DNA of 51,665 nt from Candidatus Nanohalarchaeota archaeon (GTDB lineage Archaea > Nanohalarchaeota > Nanosalinia > Nanosalinales > Nanoanaerosalinaceae), in assembly GCA_022729255.1 (NCBI GenBank), contig JALDAG010000003.1, positions 1 to 51,665 of the forward strand. The letters run 5' to 3'. Of this stretch, positions 28,418 to 39,769 are shown piece by piece. The position numbers and the translations under genes are program-made. How positions within the stretch are numbered: the stretch's first letter is position 1; each line of letters opens with the position of its first letter. The notes under the pieces are model-generated. The model had not been told where the DNA came from and did no database searches. It saw nothing but the letters and a program-made list of their open reading frames with translations.

Positions 28418-31400
28418 ATGTCTTTCAAGCCCAGAAAAATACAGTCGGAGATATCAGAGTACTGGAAGGAGAACAACATAGTTGAAAAAGTGAGGAAGTC
28501 TACGGAAGGAAACGAAGAGTTCATCCTTATAGATGGCCCCCCATATCTTAACGGAGCACCGCATGTAGGACATATGCAGGGAAAGGTCATAAAAGATGTT
28601 ATGCTGAGGTTTAGGCAGATGCAAGGGTTCGATGTTTGGGATCAGGCCGGTTTCGACACTCATGGTTTGCCAAATGAGCTTGCTACGGAAGAAGAGCTAG
28701 GAATAGAAGACAAAAACGAGATAGGTAAATCCATATCTCCGGAAGAATTTATAAAGCAGTGCAGAAAAAGAGCGACTTCAGCTCAGGATTTGTGGATAGG
28801 GGTTATGGAAGACCTAGCTATATGGCAAGATTTCAGGGATCCCTACCTTACTTTCTCTAATGATTATATAGAAAGCGAGTGGTGGCTTGTAAAAGAAGCC
28901 TATCGTCAAAACTTGCTTTTCCAAGCTAAAAAACCTATTCATTGGTGTCCTAGATGTCAGACTTCTCTTTCAGGGTATGAGGTAACTGACGAGTACAGAG
29001 AAGTGGACGACACCGCGATATTCGTAAAGTTCCCGCTTGAGAACAGGGAGGAAAAACTTGTGATATGGACAACCACTCCATGGACCGTGCCTGCCAACAT
29101 GGTGGTCTTTGTAAATCCCGATTTCGATTATTCGATAGTGAAAGTAGATGGAGAAAAAATAATAATAGCAACGCAGCTTGTTGAAAGAGTTATGGAACAA
29201 GCAGGTTATGAGGAAGAAGAATACGAGGTTTTGGAAAGTTTTGAAGGTTTGCAGCTACAGGGCAAAAAATATCGCCATCCCTTCATAGACGAGATACCAA
29301 GGCAGAAAGAGCTTGACAAGGAAGGAAAGGTTCACAGGGTACACGTATCGGAGGAACTTGTTACTTTAGAAGAAGGTACCGGTCTCGTACATGCTGCTTC
29401 AGGACACGGACAGGAAGACTATGAAGAGGCTATGAAGTTAGGTATTCCTGTTTACTCTCCTGTTGACAAAGAAGGGATATATACGGAAGAAGCAGGTATC
29501 TTTAAGGATAAGATGGTTTTCGAAGCTGAAGACGATATTAACAGCAGACTTCAGGAAAAAGGCCTGATGTTCCACTCCGAAAAGTACAGTCACGAGTATC
29601 CTCACTGCTGGAGATGCAAGACTAAGCTGGTTTACAGGGCCGAAAAACAGTGGTTCATCGAAAACAAGGAGACAAAAAGAAGGATTCTGGAAGAAACCGA
29701 AAAAGTTGAATGGGTTCCGGAACACGTGAGGAAGAGGTTCAAGAACTTCGTAGAAAAAAGCCCTGACTGGTGCATATCCAGACAAAATTACTGGGGAGCG
29801 CCCGTACCCGTATGGATTTGTGAAGACTGTGGGGATGAAGAAGTTGTCGGAAGCTTTGAAGAGCTTGAAAAAAAGTCAGGAGAACTTCCCGAAGACTTTG
29901 ATCCTCACAAGCACGTTGTCGATAAAATAAAGTGGGAATGCGAATGTGGAGGAACGTTTGAAAGAGTTGAGGACATCCTTGACGTCTGGTTTGATTCCGG
30001 GTGCGCACCCTTTGCTTCGATGCACTATCCTTTTGAAGACGTGCCGGAGGACAGGTTCCCAGTTGATTTTATAACGGAAGCTTCGGACCAGATAAGAGGA
30101 TGGTTTTATTCGTTAATGTTTTGCGGGATACTGGGATTCGACTCCAGGCAGTTTGAAAAAGTGCTTTTTCAGGCTCACGTGCTTGACGAGGAAGGTAAAA
30201 AGATGTCAAAATCTCTTGGGAACGTTGTGGACCCCGTGGAACAGGTCGAAAAATACGGTTCCGACATACCTCGTTTTTACTCCATGTGGGTAGCCGCTCC
30301 ATGGGAACAGACAAAGTACGATGAGAAGGAGATAGAGGACGAGATATACAGGATGTTTTCCGTATTTTACAACACCAAGGAGTTTTTGGATACATACGCT
30401 GATATTGATGAAGTGGAAAAAGTAGAGGAACTAAAGGAAGAAGACAGATGGATGCTTTCAAAATTGAACCATCTGGTGGAAAGCGTAGCCGAGAACATGG
30501 AAAACTCCAAGTTCCATCAAGTTACAAGAGAACTGGAGAAGTTCATACTTGAAGATCTTTCAAGATGGTACGTAAAATCTGTGAGGCCAAGGGTCAAGAG
30601 AGGAGACGAAGCAGCGACTTGGACATTGATGAAAACCGTGAAAAAAACAAATCTTCTTCTAGCTCCCTTAGCTCCTTACACATCTGAAAAAGTATATCAG
30701 GAGCTTGGAGGAGAAAAAGAATCTGTGCACATGGAAGAGTACCCTATAACAGAGGAAAGTTTTTTGGACAAAAAACTTGAAGAATCGATGGAGATAGCCA
30801 GAGAAATAGTGGAAAAAGCGATAAAGATAAGGGACGAGAAACAGTACAGCCTCAGATGGCCCGCCAAAGAGATAATAATATCTGCTGATGATGAAGTCAA
30901 ATACGCTTTACAGGAAATGCAACACATAATAAAGGAGATGGCTAACGTCGAATCTTTCAAATTTGGAGAAGTATCAACTTCTTTAAAAGCAGAGCCAGAT
31001 TATTCAAGTATAGGTCCCAAGTTCGGTAAGAAAGCTGAAAAGGTCGCTGACATGGTCAGAAAACTCGATCATGACAATTTGGAACAACTGACAGACACGG
31101 GCACCATCAGAATAGAAGGATTTGAGATAGGAGAGGAAGACGTCAAGATAACTAAAAAAACATCTAAGAACGTAAAGGGCAAGGAGTTCGAAGGAGGAAG
31201 GATATTTTTGGATCTTAACATGACCGAAAAAATCAAGGACATGGCCTTCGTCAGCGAAGTTATAAGAGCGATACAGCAGAAAAGAAAGGAGGAGGATCTT
31301 GATGTATCTGACAGAGTTGACCTGTCTTTTGACGGAGATTTCAACCCGCTTAAATCTAACGAGGAAACATTGAGAGAGAGGATAAATTTAAATGACATCG

Positions 31401-31486
31401 ACTATGGCAAAGACCATTATAAATATGGAGGAGAAGTAGAGTTTAAGGGAAGAAACATAAGTTTTTCTTTTTCCGAACCCGTTTAG
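28418..31486 (+). CDS. ileS: Isoleucine--tRNA ligase
   Basis: DGPPY..G.PHVGH, WTTTPWT, GTGLVH, DWCISRQNYWG, DQIRGWFYSL, KMSKS. Confidence 0.97.
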   Translation: MSFKPRKIQSEISEYWKENNIVEKVRKSTEGNEEFILIDGPPYLNGAPHVGHMQGKVIKDVMLRFRQMQGFDVWDQAGFDTHGLPNELATEEELGIEDKNEIGKSISPEEFIKQCRKRATSAQDLWIGVMEDLAIWQDFRDPYLTFSNDYIESEWWLVKEAYRQNLLFQAKKPIHWCPRCQTSLSGYEVTDEYREVDDTAIFVKFPLENREEKLVIWTTTPWTVPANMVVFVNPDFDYSIVKVDGEKIIIATQLVERVMEQAGYEEEEYEVLESFEGLQLQGKKYRHPFIDEIPRQKELDKEGKVHRVHVSEELVTLEEGTGLVHAASGHGQEDYEEAMKLGIPVYSPVDKEGIYTEEAGIFKDKMVFEAEDDINSRLQEKGLMFHSEKYSHEYPHCWRCKTKLVYRAEKQWFIENKETKRRILEETEKVEWVPEHVRKRFKNFVEKSPDWCISRQNYWGAPVPVWICEDCGDEEVVGSFEELEKKSGELPEDFDPHKHVVDKIKWECECGGTFERVEDILDVWFDSGCAPFASMHYPFEDVPEDRFPVDFITEASDQIRGWFYSLMFCGILGFDSRQFEKVLFQAHVLDEEGKKMSKSLGNVVDPVEQVEKYGSDIPRFYSMWVAAPWEQTKYDEKEIEDEIYRMFSVFYNTKEFLDTYADIDEVEKVEELKEEDRWMLSKLNHLVESVAENMENSKFHQVTRELEKFILEDLSRWYVKSVRPRVKRGDEAATWTLMKTVKKTNLLLAPLAPYTSEKVYQELGGEKESVHMEEYPITEESFLDKKLEESMEIAREIVEKAIKIRDEKQYSLRWPAKEIIISADDEVKYALQEMQHIIKEMANVESFKFGEVSTSLKAEPDYSSIGPKFGKKAEKVADMVRKLDHDNLEQLTDTGTIRIEGFEIGEEDVKITKKTSKNVKGKEFEGGRIFLDLNMTEKIKDMAFVSEVIRAIQQKRKEEDLDVSDRVDLSFDGDFNPLKSNEETLRERINLNDIDYGKDHYKYGGEVEFKGRNISFSFSEPV

Positions 31487-31503
31487 TAGGGAGGTGTTTC
31501 GCT

Positions 31504-31953
31504 ATGAATGAACTAGAACTTTTTATTGAACAGAACGATATCGATGCCGAAGTAATAGAATTAAAAGGCAAGACTAACACTGTGTCACAGGCAGCCAGCT
31601 CTTTGAGAACAGACAAGAAAAACATAATAAAGAGTTTGGTTATAGAGGCAGGCGAAGAAAAAATCGTGACTGTTTTAAGAGGAGATAAGAGAGCTGATTT
31701 TGAAAAAATCGCTGAAGAGTTCGAAGTAGAAAATGTTGAAATGGCTTCAAGGGAAGAAGTAAGGAGGGTAACAGGTTACGATGTAGGAGAGGTACCTCCT
31801 GTGGGCACAGGCCTGAAAAAAGTCGTTGATAAAGACATTCTTGATAGAGAGGTTGTTTATGGTGGAGGCGGCGGAAGAAAGAAGATGATAAAGATAGACC
31901 CAAGGTTTATTGTAGATGAGGAAACAATTGTTTCAAAGATTAGCGAGGATTGA
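31504..31953 (+). CDS. YbaK/EbsC aminoacyl-tRNA editing domain protein
   Basis: TVSQAA, IIKSLV, TGYDVGEVPPVG. Confidence 0.9.
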   Translation: MNELELFIEQNDIDAEVIELKGKTNTVSQAASSLRTDKKNIIKSLVIEAGEEKIVTVLRGDKRADFEKIAEEFEVENVEMASREEVRRVTGYDVGEVPPVGTGLKKVVDKDILDREVVYGGGGGRKKMIKIDPRFIVDEETIVSKISED

Positions 31954-31955
31954 AA

Positions 31956-33056
31956 ATGTACGAGGAAGCAGTAGACTATTTAAATGAATTAACGGAAGAA
32001 GACAGAGTGCTAGTGGTTAACCACTGGGATATGGATGGTTCTTGTTCAGCGGCCATAATCTCAAAAATTCTTGAAGAGGTTAGAGGAAAGGGAGCAGATT
32101 TCGTAAAAGTTCCTGAGGGAAGGAAACATTTTATAGGAGAAGAAACCGAGAATCTGGTAAAAAGGAAGGATCTTAACAAGTTGATAGTTCTGGACATAAG
32201 TGTTCCGGCTCAAAGAGTATCTGAACTATCCGAAAAATTAGGTGTAGATGTTCTTGTTATAGATCACCACGATTTTGACAGGGATCCTGATAAAGGTATC
32301 CTTGTAAACCCTAGAAAGCAAAATCCAAGGATATATATTCCTGCATCCAAACTCTGCAATGATATTTCAAAGAGGTTTGGGATGGATTTTGACTGGATAG
32401 CGGGACTAGGAATAATACAAGACTTTGGTGTTAACCAGGCAATGGGACTGTTTGAGAAGCTTAAACGACTATACCCGAAATATTTTCCGTCAAACCTCAG
32501 CCAATACAATCTAGCTAAGAACTGTAGGTATGGTACATACAGTTCTGTTATGAATGTCAAACCGTATAAGGACACTAACAGGTGTTCGAACCTTGCTTTC
32601 AGGGTTTTAACAGAATCAAGAGGGCTAAAGTATATTGAAAGCCATGAATGTTATAAGGAACTGTATGAGTGCTATGAAAATGTGAGCGAAGAGATTGAAA
32701 ACATAAAAAAGAATTTTGAGGAGAACAAAGAAGTTTTCGATGACAAAAAACTTGTTTTCTTCACTTTCGAATCTCCTTACCACATCAATTCTTCTCTTGC
32801 AACACAGATATCCGTTGAGGAAGAGGAGTGGGCGTTCATCACTTTCAGGGTTTTCAATGGAAATGTCAATGTTTCATCGAGATGCCAGTCTGGCAGAGTA
32901 GATCTAGGCAAAATACTGAAAAAAGCATTAACACCTGATATATCGGAGGATGCAGAAGCAGGAGGCCACAGAAAAGCCGCAGGCGCTTCTTTGTATAAAA
33001 AAAATCTCTTAAAATTTAAGGAAAACATTTTGAAGGAGATGCCGGACACCGAATAG
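31956..33056 (+). CDS. DHH family phosphoesterase (RecJ-like)
   Basis: HWDMDG, IDHH, DHHA1 GGHRKAAG. Confidence 0.9.
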   Translation: MYEEAVDYLNELTEEDRVLVVNHWDMDGSCSAAIISKILEEVRGKGADFVKVPEGRKHFIGEETENLVKRKDLNKLIVLDISVPAQRVSELSEKLGVDVLVIDHHDFDRDPDKGILVNPRKQNPRIYIPASKLCNDISKRFGMDFDWIAGLGIIQDFGVNQAMGLFEKLKRLYPKYFPSNLSQYNLAKNCRYGTYSSVMNVKPYKDTNRCSNLAFRVLTESRGLKYIESHECYKELYECYENVSEEIENIKKNFEENKEVFDDKKLVFFTFESPYHINSSLATQISVEEEEWAFITFRVFNGNVNVSSRCQSGRVDLGKILKKALTPDISEDAEAGGHRKAAGASLYKKNLLKFKENILKEMPDTE

Positions 33057-33100
33057 GACCAAGGTTAATATATTAAGGATGGGAAACAAACTTTTTTCTG

Positions 33101-34303
33101 ATGAAGAGACTAGAGATAACAGTTCCAAAGAAAAAAACGGAACATATAGAGAGCATAGTAAAGGATTTCTGTGATGATGTTACGTATAACAATGTTGAGA
33201 AGGATAACGGCGACTTTGTACAGTTTCAGGTAGTCGTGAAACCTGAATATATTGACGAACTTATAGAGAAAGTCAGGCACGTGAAGGAGATTAAATCCGG
33301 AGAACTAACTATAGATATCTTGGAGGAGTCCGCAAAGATCAAAAAAGGAAGGAAGATGGAGCACGTGTCTTCTAAAATGTCAACACAGGAGATGTATTCA
33401 AAGGCGTTGTCTTTTACAAAGTTCGACATAGTTTCTTGGATTTTGATAATGTTATCAGCAGGAATAGCTGTTTTCGGAATCATGCTCGAAAACGTCATGG
33501 TCGTGGTAGGAGCGATGGTTATAGCGCCACTTATAGGGCCTTTTATTTCCACTTCCTTCGGGTTTGTCATAGGAGACAGAAGGATAATTAAGGATAGCTT
33601 TCTTAATGCGGTTTTTGGAGTGTTCTTGGCATTAGCTGTGGCGTTCATAATCCCAAAACCAGGGTTTCAAGAACCTAACTCTTTGATGATTTTGATAGCG
33701 AATCCCACTCTCATAATGGTTCCTCTTTCTCTTTTTGTAGGTTCCGCATCGGCCTTGACATTCGTATCAGGTAATAAAGAACAACTTGCTGGAGTGGCCG
33801 TAGCTATAGCATTAGTTCCTCCAGCAGCCACATCAGGAATTTCTTTATCTATAGGAGCGATGTCGACTTTTTTGAACTCCCTTGTCGTTATACTGACCAA
33901 CATGTCTGCATTGATACTGGCAGGGTCGGTGACTTTTAAGGTGTTGGGAGTTTCCCCCTCCACTTATTACAGAAAAAAAGTGTCTCAAAAAAAGCTTAGA
34001 CAGGCGATAATGATATCTGCTTTTTCGATGATATTTATAACTGCTTTTCTGGGTTATTTGACGGTTCAAAACATTAGAACCACGAATATTAACACGGAGA
34101 TGGAGTCCATAATAGACTCAAACTTTGCTGGGAACATACTGTCGAAAGAGATAACTATATCGGAGCAGCAGGTTCACATAGAGATTGTTGCAATAAACCC
34201 TGATGTGAATTTAAAAAGCTTGAAAGAGGAGCTGAGAGCCTCCACTAGTAGAGACGTATCGGTTGATTTGATAGCTGTTCAGGCAGAAGAGGTTAAGGAG
34301 TGA
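33101..34303 (+). CDS. TIGR00341/DUF389 membrane protein
   Basis: VVGAMVIAPLIGP, GVAVAIALVPPA. Confidence 0.88.
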   Translation: MKRLEITVPKKKTEHIESIVKDFCDDVTYNNVEKDNGDFVQFQVVVKPEYIDELIEKVRHVKEIKSGELTIDILEESAKIKKGRKMEHVSSKMSTQEMYSKALSFTKFDIVSWILIMLSAGIAVFGIMLENVMVVVGAMVIAPLIGPFISTSFGFVIGDRRIIKDSFLNAVFGVFLALAVAFIIPKPGFQEPNSLMILIANPTLIMVPLSLFVGSASALTFVSGNKEQLAGVAVAIALVPPAATSGISLSIGAMSTFLNSLVVILTNMSALILAGSVTFKVLGVSPSTYYRKKVSQKKLRQAIMISAFSMIFITAFLGYLTVQNIRTTNINTEMESIIDSNFAGNILSKEITISEQQVHIEIVAINPDVNLKSLKEELRASTSRDVSVDLIAVQAEEVKE

Positions 34304-34304
34304 A

Positions 34305-34958
34305 CTAATTTTTCTTTAACAGGTATACCTTGTGGTCTTTTTCGAAAGGTTCTAACGTTTTTTCCCAAACAATTTCGAAATTTTCCGAAAGTTTTTTCTC
34401 CTGCTCCTTAAATATTTCTTGTTTTGATTTCGATGAGGATATGGATCTGGATTTTATGGCAAGGATGCCTACTCCGCTTTCCTTAAGAAAAGCATCGCAG
34501 TTTTTTAGAAAGATTTTCGCCTGATCGGGCTGCGCAACATCTTGAAATACAAGGTCAACATTATCAACTATGTCATTGTATTCTCCGGGTTTCCTTGCAT
34601 CTCCTAAAATCGGGCAAAGATTATCACGGTTTTTTGAAGTTCTCAACAAATCGTTTACGACTTTATTGGAGTACTCCACCCCGAATACGATGCCTTCCTC
34701 TACTATGTCCGATACATGGGATACTGTTGTTCCCGAAGCAGCTCCAAGGTAAAGCACCTTTGAATCCTTTTTTAGACCTGTTTTAGGGATTTTTTTGGTT
34801 ATCGCCGCCCCTAGTTTCGATTTTCTTGGATCCCACTCTCTCATCTCGCCTATATTGGTCTCTACAAGTTCTTCAGTGTATACTTTCTCTCCTTTTACAA
34901 GGTTCTTCGTGTATATCTTTTTGCCTTTTCTCCAAACATTGGGATGTATCTCTTTCAT
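34305..34958 (-). CDS. flpA: Fibrillarin-like rRNA/tRNA 2'-O-methyltransferase
   Basis: WDPRKSKL, VLYLGAASGTTVSHVSD, DVAQPDQ. Confidence 0.97.
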   Translation of the reverse strand: MKEIHPNVWRKGKKIYTKNLVKGEKVYTEELVETNIGEMREWDPRKSKLGAAITKKIPKTGLKKDSKVLYLGAASGTTVSHVSDIVEEGIVFGVEYSNKVVNDLLRTSKNRDNLCPILGDARKPGEYNDIVDNVDLVFQDVAQPDQAKIFLKNCDAFLKESGVGILAIKSRSISSSKSKQEIFKEQEKKLSENFEIVWEKTLEPFEKDHKVYLLKKN

Positions 34959-34959
34959 T

Positions 34960-35931
34960 TTACTTGTCCCTCAATTCTCTGAACTTTTTTTCTACCTGTT
35001 CACGGTAAGAAACTCCTTTGAAATCGCCGTTGTACATGTCAAGTCTAGCGGCTAATGTGAGTTTGTTAGCCAAATACCTGGCCATTTTACCTCTTTTTCC
35101 CTCTGGCAATGCGCTTATCGTAGGGTGTAGGAAAAGAATACCGTGTTTTGGAGCTGAACCCTTCCCTTCCATGTGTCTGAAAAGCGCTTTTTCTGCTCCA
35201 AGTACCTGAACTGTAGACGAGGGCATCCTAGCAAGTTTTTTCAAAGAACCAGCTTCAGAGACCGTTTTTGCTGCTAGCAACGGACCCGCGACCGATGAAG
35301 TATTGGGCATCAGTTCTTCTGCAAGCGATTCGATGTACATAGTTAAACTCCTTTTTTCTTCATCCAATATTTTAACGGTGTTTACAAACGTCTTTAACTG
35401 GTCAAGATCTCTATCATCCATTTTGAAACCCGTTGTTTCTTCTATGTTTTTCTGTTCCATTAGAGGCTCTCTTTCAAAATTTTCGTAGACGTCTTCGAGA
35501 AATTCCTTGTTCCCCTCTGAAATCTGATCCAGCTCAGGAAAATATAGGGAATACCATGCCTTTAATCTCTCGAAAGACCTGTTAAATTGTTTTTCGAGCT
35601 CTGTAAGTCTTCTAACAGCCTGTATCAAAACTTGATCGTGTTCTTGATCTTCCTTTAATTTTGACCTGGTTTTTTCCGTGGCTACTTTTTTCATCAAATC
35701 GTATACCTTTTTTCTGTTGTCCACCAAACCTGTTTTTTTACCGGCTTCGAACGCATCTATTTGGATTCTTTCCATCTTGCCGTGTTTCTCCGCAAGCTCT
35801 TTTTCCTCGGAAGTAACACAAGAAATTTTTTTGGCGATCTCCACGGCTTTACCTGAAAACTCTCTGTAATCGATAATTTCTCCTTCTTCTAAGACGAAGA
35901 CCCCTAGAACGTTTTTTGCCAGCTTCTTCAT
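34960..35931 (-). CDS. nop5: C/D box sRNP protein Nop5
   Basis: WYSLYFPEL, PSSTVQVLGAEKALF, PKHG, RGKMAR. Confidence 0.96.
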   Translation of the reverse strand: MKKLAKNVLGVFVLEEGEIIDYREFSGKAVEIAKKISCVTSEEKELAEKHGKMERIQIDAFEAGKKTGLVDNRKKVYDLMKKVATEKTRSKLKEDQEHDQVLIQAVRRLTELEKQFNRSFERLKAWYSLYFPELDQISEGNKEFLEDVYENFEREPLMEQKNIEETTGFKMDDRDLDQLKTFVNTVKILDEEKRSLTMYIESLAEELMPNTSSVAGPLLAAKTVSEAGSLKKLARMPSSTVQVLGAEKALFRHMEGKGSAPKHGILFLHPTISALPEGKRGKMARYLANKLTLAARLDMYNGDFKGVSYREQVEKKFRELRDK

Positions 35932-35964
35932 AAAAGGAGTCTTTCAACTCCCATCTTTTTCAAC

Positions 35965-37359
35965 TTACTGTTTGTACTTGTGAACCGGTCTACCGATTAA
36001 ATCTTCTGCAGCCTCCATCACAGCTTCAGAGATAGAGGGATGCGGATGCACGGTCATCTCAATGTCTTCAACAAGACAACCCATTTCTATACCTAGACTG
36101 AGTTCCGATATCAGTTCAGAGGCTTCAGGACCGCAGATAGTTGCTCCAAGAAGGGTTTTGTTTTCTTTGTCCGCAATAAGCTTTACGAAACCTTTTTTGT
36201 AATCCATGGTCATGGCTCTTCCGTTAGCAGCCATCGAAAAACTGCCTGTTTCAACCTCAAATCCTTTTTCAACAGCATTTTTCTCCGATAATCCTGTCGT
36301 GGCAACTTCTGGATCTGTGTAAACAACTGATGGAACCGCTTGCCTAGTTGAAAAAGCTGTTTTTCCTGAAATAGTTTTTGCAGCTACTTTTCCTTCATGC
36401 ATAGCAACATGTGCAAGCATAGGTTGCCCTGCAACATCTCCTATCGCGAAAATATCAGGGTTTGATGTCTTCATCACATCATCAGTTTCTATGAATCCTT
36501 TATCGTTTTTTTCAACATTCGCATGCTCCAGACCGATATTTTCTGTTCTTGGAGTTCTACCAACAGCCACAAGAACCTTATCGGCAACATACTCGGATTT
36601 GCTTGTTTTAACCTTGATTTCGGACTCTTTTTCGACAGCTTCCTCGGCTTTTTCGCCCGTGATTATTTTCATCCCGAGTTCTTCAGCTCTTCTCTCAACC
36701 ACTTTTGCGGCTTGTGAGTCCATGTTTGGAAGAATGTTTTTGGAGGCCTCTATAACGGTCACTTCTGAACCAAGTTTTTGGTAAACTGTTCCAAGCTCCA
36801 TACCTATGTAGCCCCCACCGATGACCAGAAGTTTTTCTGGGATCTCTTCTAGCTTTAAAGCCTGTTTAGAATCTATTATCCCCTTTTTTGAGAACTCAAA
36901 TCCCGGTATCTCTAAGGGTTTTGAACCTGTGGCGATGATGCATTTGTTAAATTTTAAAGTTTTCGAAGCTTCATCTGTGTTGATATGGACTTCTTTACTG
37001 CTTGTAAGCTTCGCCCTTCCTTCTATTATTTCTACGTCGTTTTTTTCCTCCAGCAGCTTCACACCTGAAGTAAGTTTGTTAACGACGTTTTCTTTCCACT
37101 CCTGTAATTCTTTTGAACTGACCTCTATATCTGTTTTTAAGCATTCAAGTTCCTTTATCTCTTCTAAAGTTTTTGCAACGTGTATAAGTGCTTTAGAAGG
37201 TATGCATCCATCGTTTAAACATACGCCTCCTATCTTGTTTTCTTCTACAAGTGTTACATCTTTTCCGAGTTGAGCTAATTTTATGGCTGCAACGTATCCT
37301 CCAGGACCTGCTCCGATGACAACAACGTCAGCGGACTCTTTTATGTTTCCAACTACCAT
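35965..37359 (-). CDS. lpdA: Dihydrolipoyl dehydrogenase (E3)
   Basis: GAGPGG, GGVCLNDGCIPSK, HPHPSISE. Confidence 0.97.
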   Translation of the reverse strand: MVVGNIKESADVVVIGAGPGGYVAAIKLAQLGKDVTLVEENKIGGVCLNDGCIPSKALIHVAKTLEEIKELECLKTDIEVSSKELQEWKENVVNKLTSGVKLLEEKNDVEIIEGRAKLTSSKEVHINTDEASKTLKFNKCIIATGSKPLEIPGFEFSKKGIIDSKQALKLEEIPEKLLVIGGGYIGMELGTVYQKLGSEVTVIEASKNILPNMDSQAAKVVERRAEELGMKIITGEKAEEAVEKESEIKVKTSKSEYVADKVLVAVGRTPRTENIGLEHANVEKNDKGFIETDDVMKTSNPDIFAIGDVAGQPMLAHVAMHEGKVAAKTISGKTAFSTRQAVPSVVYTDPEVATTGLSEKNAVEKGFEVETGSFSMAANGRAMTMDYKKGFVKLIADKENKTLLGATICGPEASELISELSLGIEMGCLVEDIEMTVHPHPSISEAVMEAAEDLIGRPVHKYKQ

Positions 37360-37368
37360 TTTTAGGCC

Positions 37369-38784
37369 TCAGTCATCTATAAGAAGTAATTCAGAGTCTT
37401 CCAAGTGTTTTGATACGAACTCTATGAACTTTGCGGCGTATGCCCCGTCCACAGCTCTGTGGTCAAAGGTTAAAGAAAGTGGCAGAACTTTCTCCACTCT
37501 GATGTCTCCGTTTACTACAACAGGTTTTTCTTTTACTCGTCCTATGCCAAGTATTCCGACATCAGGGTAATTTATGAGAGGTGTACCGTACTCTCCGCCT
37601 ATGCTTCCCCAGTTGGTGATGGTGAAACTACTTCCTCTGATTTCTTCTAGTTTTAAATCGCTGTTTCTGGCTTTTTCAGCCTTTTCGTTTATTGCTTTTC
37701 CTAGTTCGAGAATTGTTTTGTTGTCGGCTTCTTTCACAACAGGAACTTTCAATCCCTGATCCGTCGCAACTGCAACTCCGAGATTGTAATACTTTTTCTT
37801 TATTATTTCTCCTTTTTCCTCATCAAAAGAAGCGTTCATGTAAGGGTAATTCATCAGACCGCCTATTACAGCTTTTGCGATGAAAGGAGTGAGAGTGAGT
37901 TTAACTCCGCGCTCCTTTGCAAGTTTTTTCTTTCTATCTTTTATTCTCCAGAGTTCCGAAACAACTACGTCTCTGGTAACAGTTACGTGAGGAGCCGTGT
38001 ACTTTGATTCAACAAGGTTTTTGGTTATGGCTCTTCTTACGCTTGATATGTCTTCTTTTTCTATTTCTCCGTAGTTTTCAAAACTGTATTCCTCTAGACT
38101 TGGTTCCCGGAATTCTACTTTTCCAACAGGAGAATCGCTGACTTTTTCCCTCACAACCTTTCCTTTTTCCTCCGTCAGATCTTCAAGATAACTGTCAATG
38201 TCTTCTTTCAAAATTCTTCCGCCGGGGCCTGTTCCTTCAACGTCGTGTATATCCACATGCTTGTTCTTAGCGTATTTTCTTGTTGAGGGAGCGGCGAGAA
38301 CCCTTTCAGGTTCCTTCTTTTCTACTTCCTTTACTGTTTCTTTCTGCGTTACATCTTCGGTTTCTAGAAACATGTCCACGTCTTTTTTCTTTATGACTCC
38401 ATCAGAGTTTATTTTTGAGAGGTCAACGCCTTTTTCCTCCGCATACTTTCTTGTGCGTGGCATCGCCTTGATATCAGCGCTTTCAGGTTCCTGCTGTTTT
38501 TCCTGAACTTTTTCAGGTTCTTCTTTAACGGTTTTTTCTTCCTCCTCAGGACTTTCAAGCGTCAGTATGACTTCCCCTACTTTGATGATATCTCCTTCTT
38601 CTGCCTTCAATTCTCCTATTGATCCCTTTTTTGGAGAGGGCACATCTACAACTGCCTTGTCTGTTTCCACCTCAGCGACAGTTTGATCTTCATCGACCTG
38701 CTCTCCTTCTGAAACAGTCCATTCTATTAGTTTTCCTTCTCTTATTCCTTCTCCCACATCCGGGAATCTGAATTCCTCTACCAT
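37369..38784 (-). CDS. pdhC: Dihydrolipoamide acyltransferase (E2)
   Basis: Lipoyl motif ETDKA, two subunit-binding repeats, catalytic DHRAVDG. Confidence 0.93.
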   Translation of the reverse strand: MVEEFRFPDVGEGIREGKLIEWTVSEGEQVDEDQTVAEVETDKAVVDVPSPKKGSIGELKAEEGDIIKVGEVILTLESPEEEEKTVKEEPEKVQEKQQEPESADIKAMPRTRKYAEEKGVDLSKINSDGVIKKKDVDMFLETEDVTQKETVKEVEKKEPERVLAAPSTRKYAKNKHVDIHDVEGTGPGGRILKEDIDSYLEDLTEEKGKVVREKVSDSPVGKVEFREPSLEEYSFENYGEIEKEDISSVRRAITKNLVESKYTAPHVTVTRDVVVSELWRIKDRKKKLAKERGVKLTLTPFIAKAVIGGLMNYPYMNASFDEEKGEIIKKKYYNLGVAVATDQGLKVPVVKEADNKTILELGKAINEKAEKARNSDLKLEEIRGSSFTITNWGSIGGEYGTPLINYPDVGILGIGRVKEKPVVVNGDIRVEKVLPLSLTFDHRAVDGAYAAKFIEFVSKHLEDSELLLIDD

Positions 38785-38794
38785 TTTTCAACAC

Positions 38795-39769
38795 CTAGAA
38801 ATCTAGGGATTCCTCCATCCTTCTTTTTATATCCTCCTTATTAGGCATGTAAACGTCTTCATGTTGATAAAGAGGATAAGGGATATCAAAACCTGTTATA
38901 CGTTTAATAGGAGATTTTAAACTTAGAATAGCTTCTTCGGATACGATAGCCGAGATTTCCGAGGCCATGCTAGCTGTCCTCGGTTCTTCAGAAACCACCA
39001 CAAGTCTTCCCGTTTTTCTTACGGATTCCAAAATCGTTTCTTGATCCAGAGGATTGATGGTTCTAGGATCTATCATTTCTACCGTTACATCTCTCTTTTC
39101 TTCAATTTCTTTCACTGCATCGATGGTTTCTCTAAACATGGCTCCCCAGGACACTATTGTGATGTCTTCACCGGTCTTCACAACATTGGCATCACCTAGA
39201 GGGGTTTTTGACTCTTTTACTTCTTCTCTGAATGCACGGTAAATCTTTTTAGGTTCCATGAAGAGAACAGGATCGGGGTCTTCTATCGCCTCTCTTAAAA
39301 GGTTTTTAGCATCAGAAGGGTTGGAAGGTATGACCACCTTAAGCCCAGCTATATGGCTGTAAATAGCTTCTTGAGATTCTGAATGGTGTTCTAATGCTTC
39401 AATGCCTCCTCCGTAAGGCGCTCTTATAACCATAGGTATATTGATATCTCCTTTTGTTCTCATCCTCATCCTTGATATGTGCTGTTTTATATGGTGGAAC
39501 GCCTGAGGGATAAAACCTGAAAACTGTATTTCAGCTACCGGTCTTAAACCGTTTATGGCCATCCCTGTAGCTGTTCCTAATATGCCTGCTTCATCCAGAG
39601 GAGTGTCCATGACTCTTTCTTCCCCATATTTATCTTGAAGTCCGTCCGTAGCACGGAAAACACCGCCGTTTACACCTACGTCTTCTCCAAGAACAACTAT
39701 GTCATCGTTTTTTTCCATTTGTTCGTCCAGCGTGTTTCTTATGGCTTCAACTATATTCATCTTTTCCAT
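38795..39769 (-). CDS. pdhB: 2-oxoacid (pyruvate) dehydrogenase E1 beta
   Basis: GEDVG..GGVFRAT, DTPL.E, EIQF, HHSES. Confidence 0.94.
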   Translation of the reverse strand: MEKMNIVEAIRNTLDEQMEKNDDIVVLGEDVGVNGGVFRATDGLQDKYGEERVMDTPLDEAGILGTATGMAINGLRPVAEIQFSGFIPQAFHHIKQHISRMRMRTKGDINIPMVIRAPYGGGIEALEHHSESQEAIYSHIAGLKVVIPSNPSDAKNLLREAIEDPDPVLFMEPKKIYRAFREEVKESKTPLGDANVVKTGEDITIVSWGAMFRETIDAVKEIEEKRDVTVEMIDPRTINPLDQETILESVRKTGRLVVVSEEPRTASMASEISAIVSEEAILSLKSPIKRITGFDIPYPLYQHEDVYMPNKEDIKRRMEESLDF

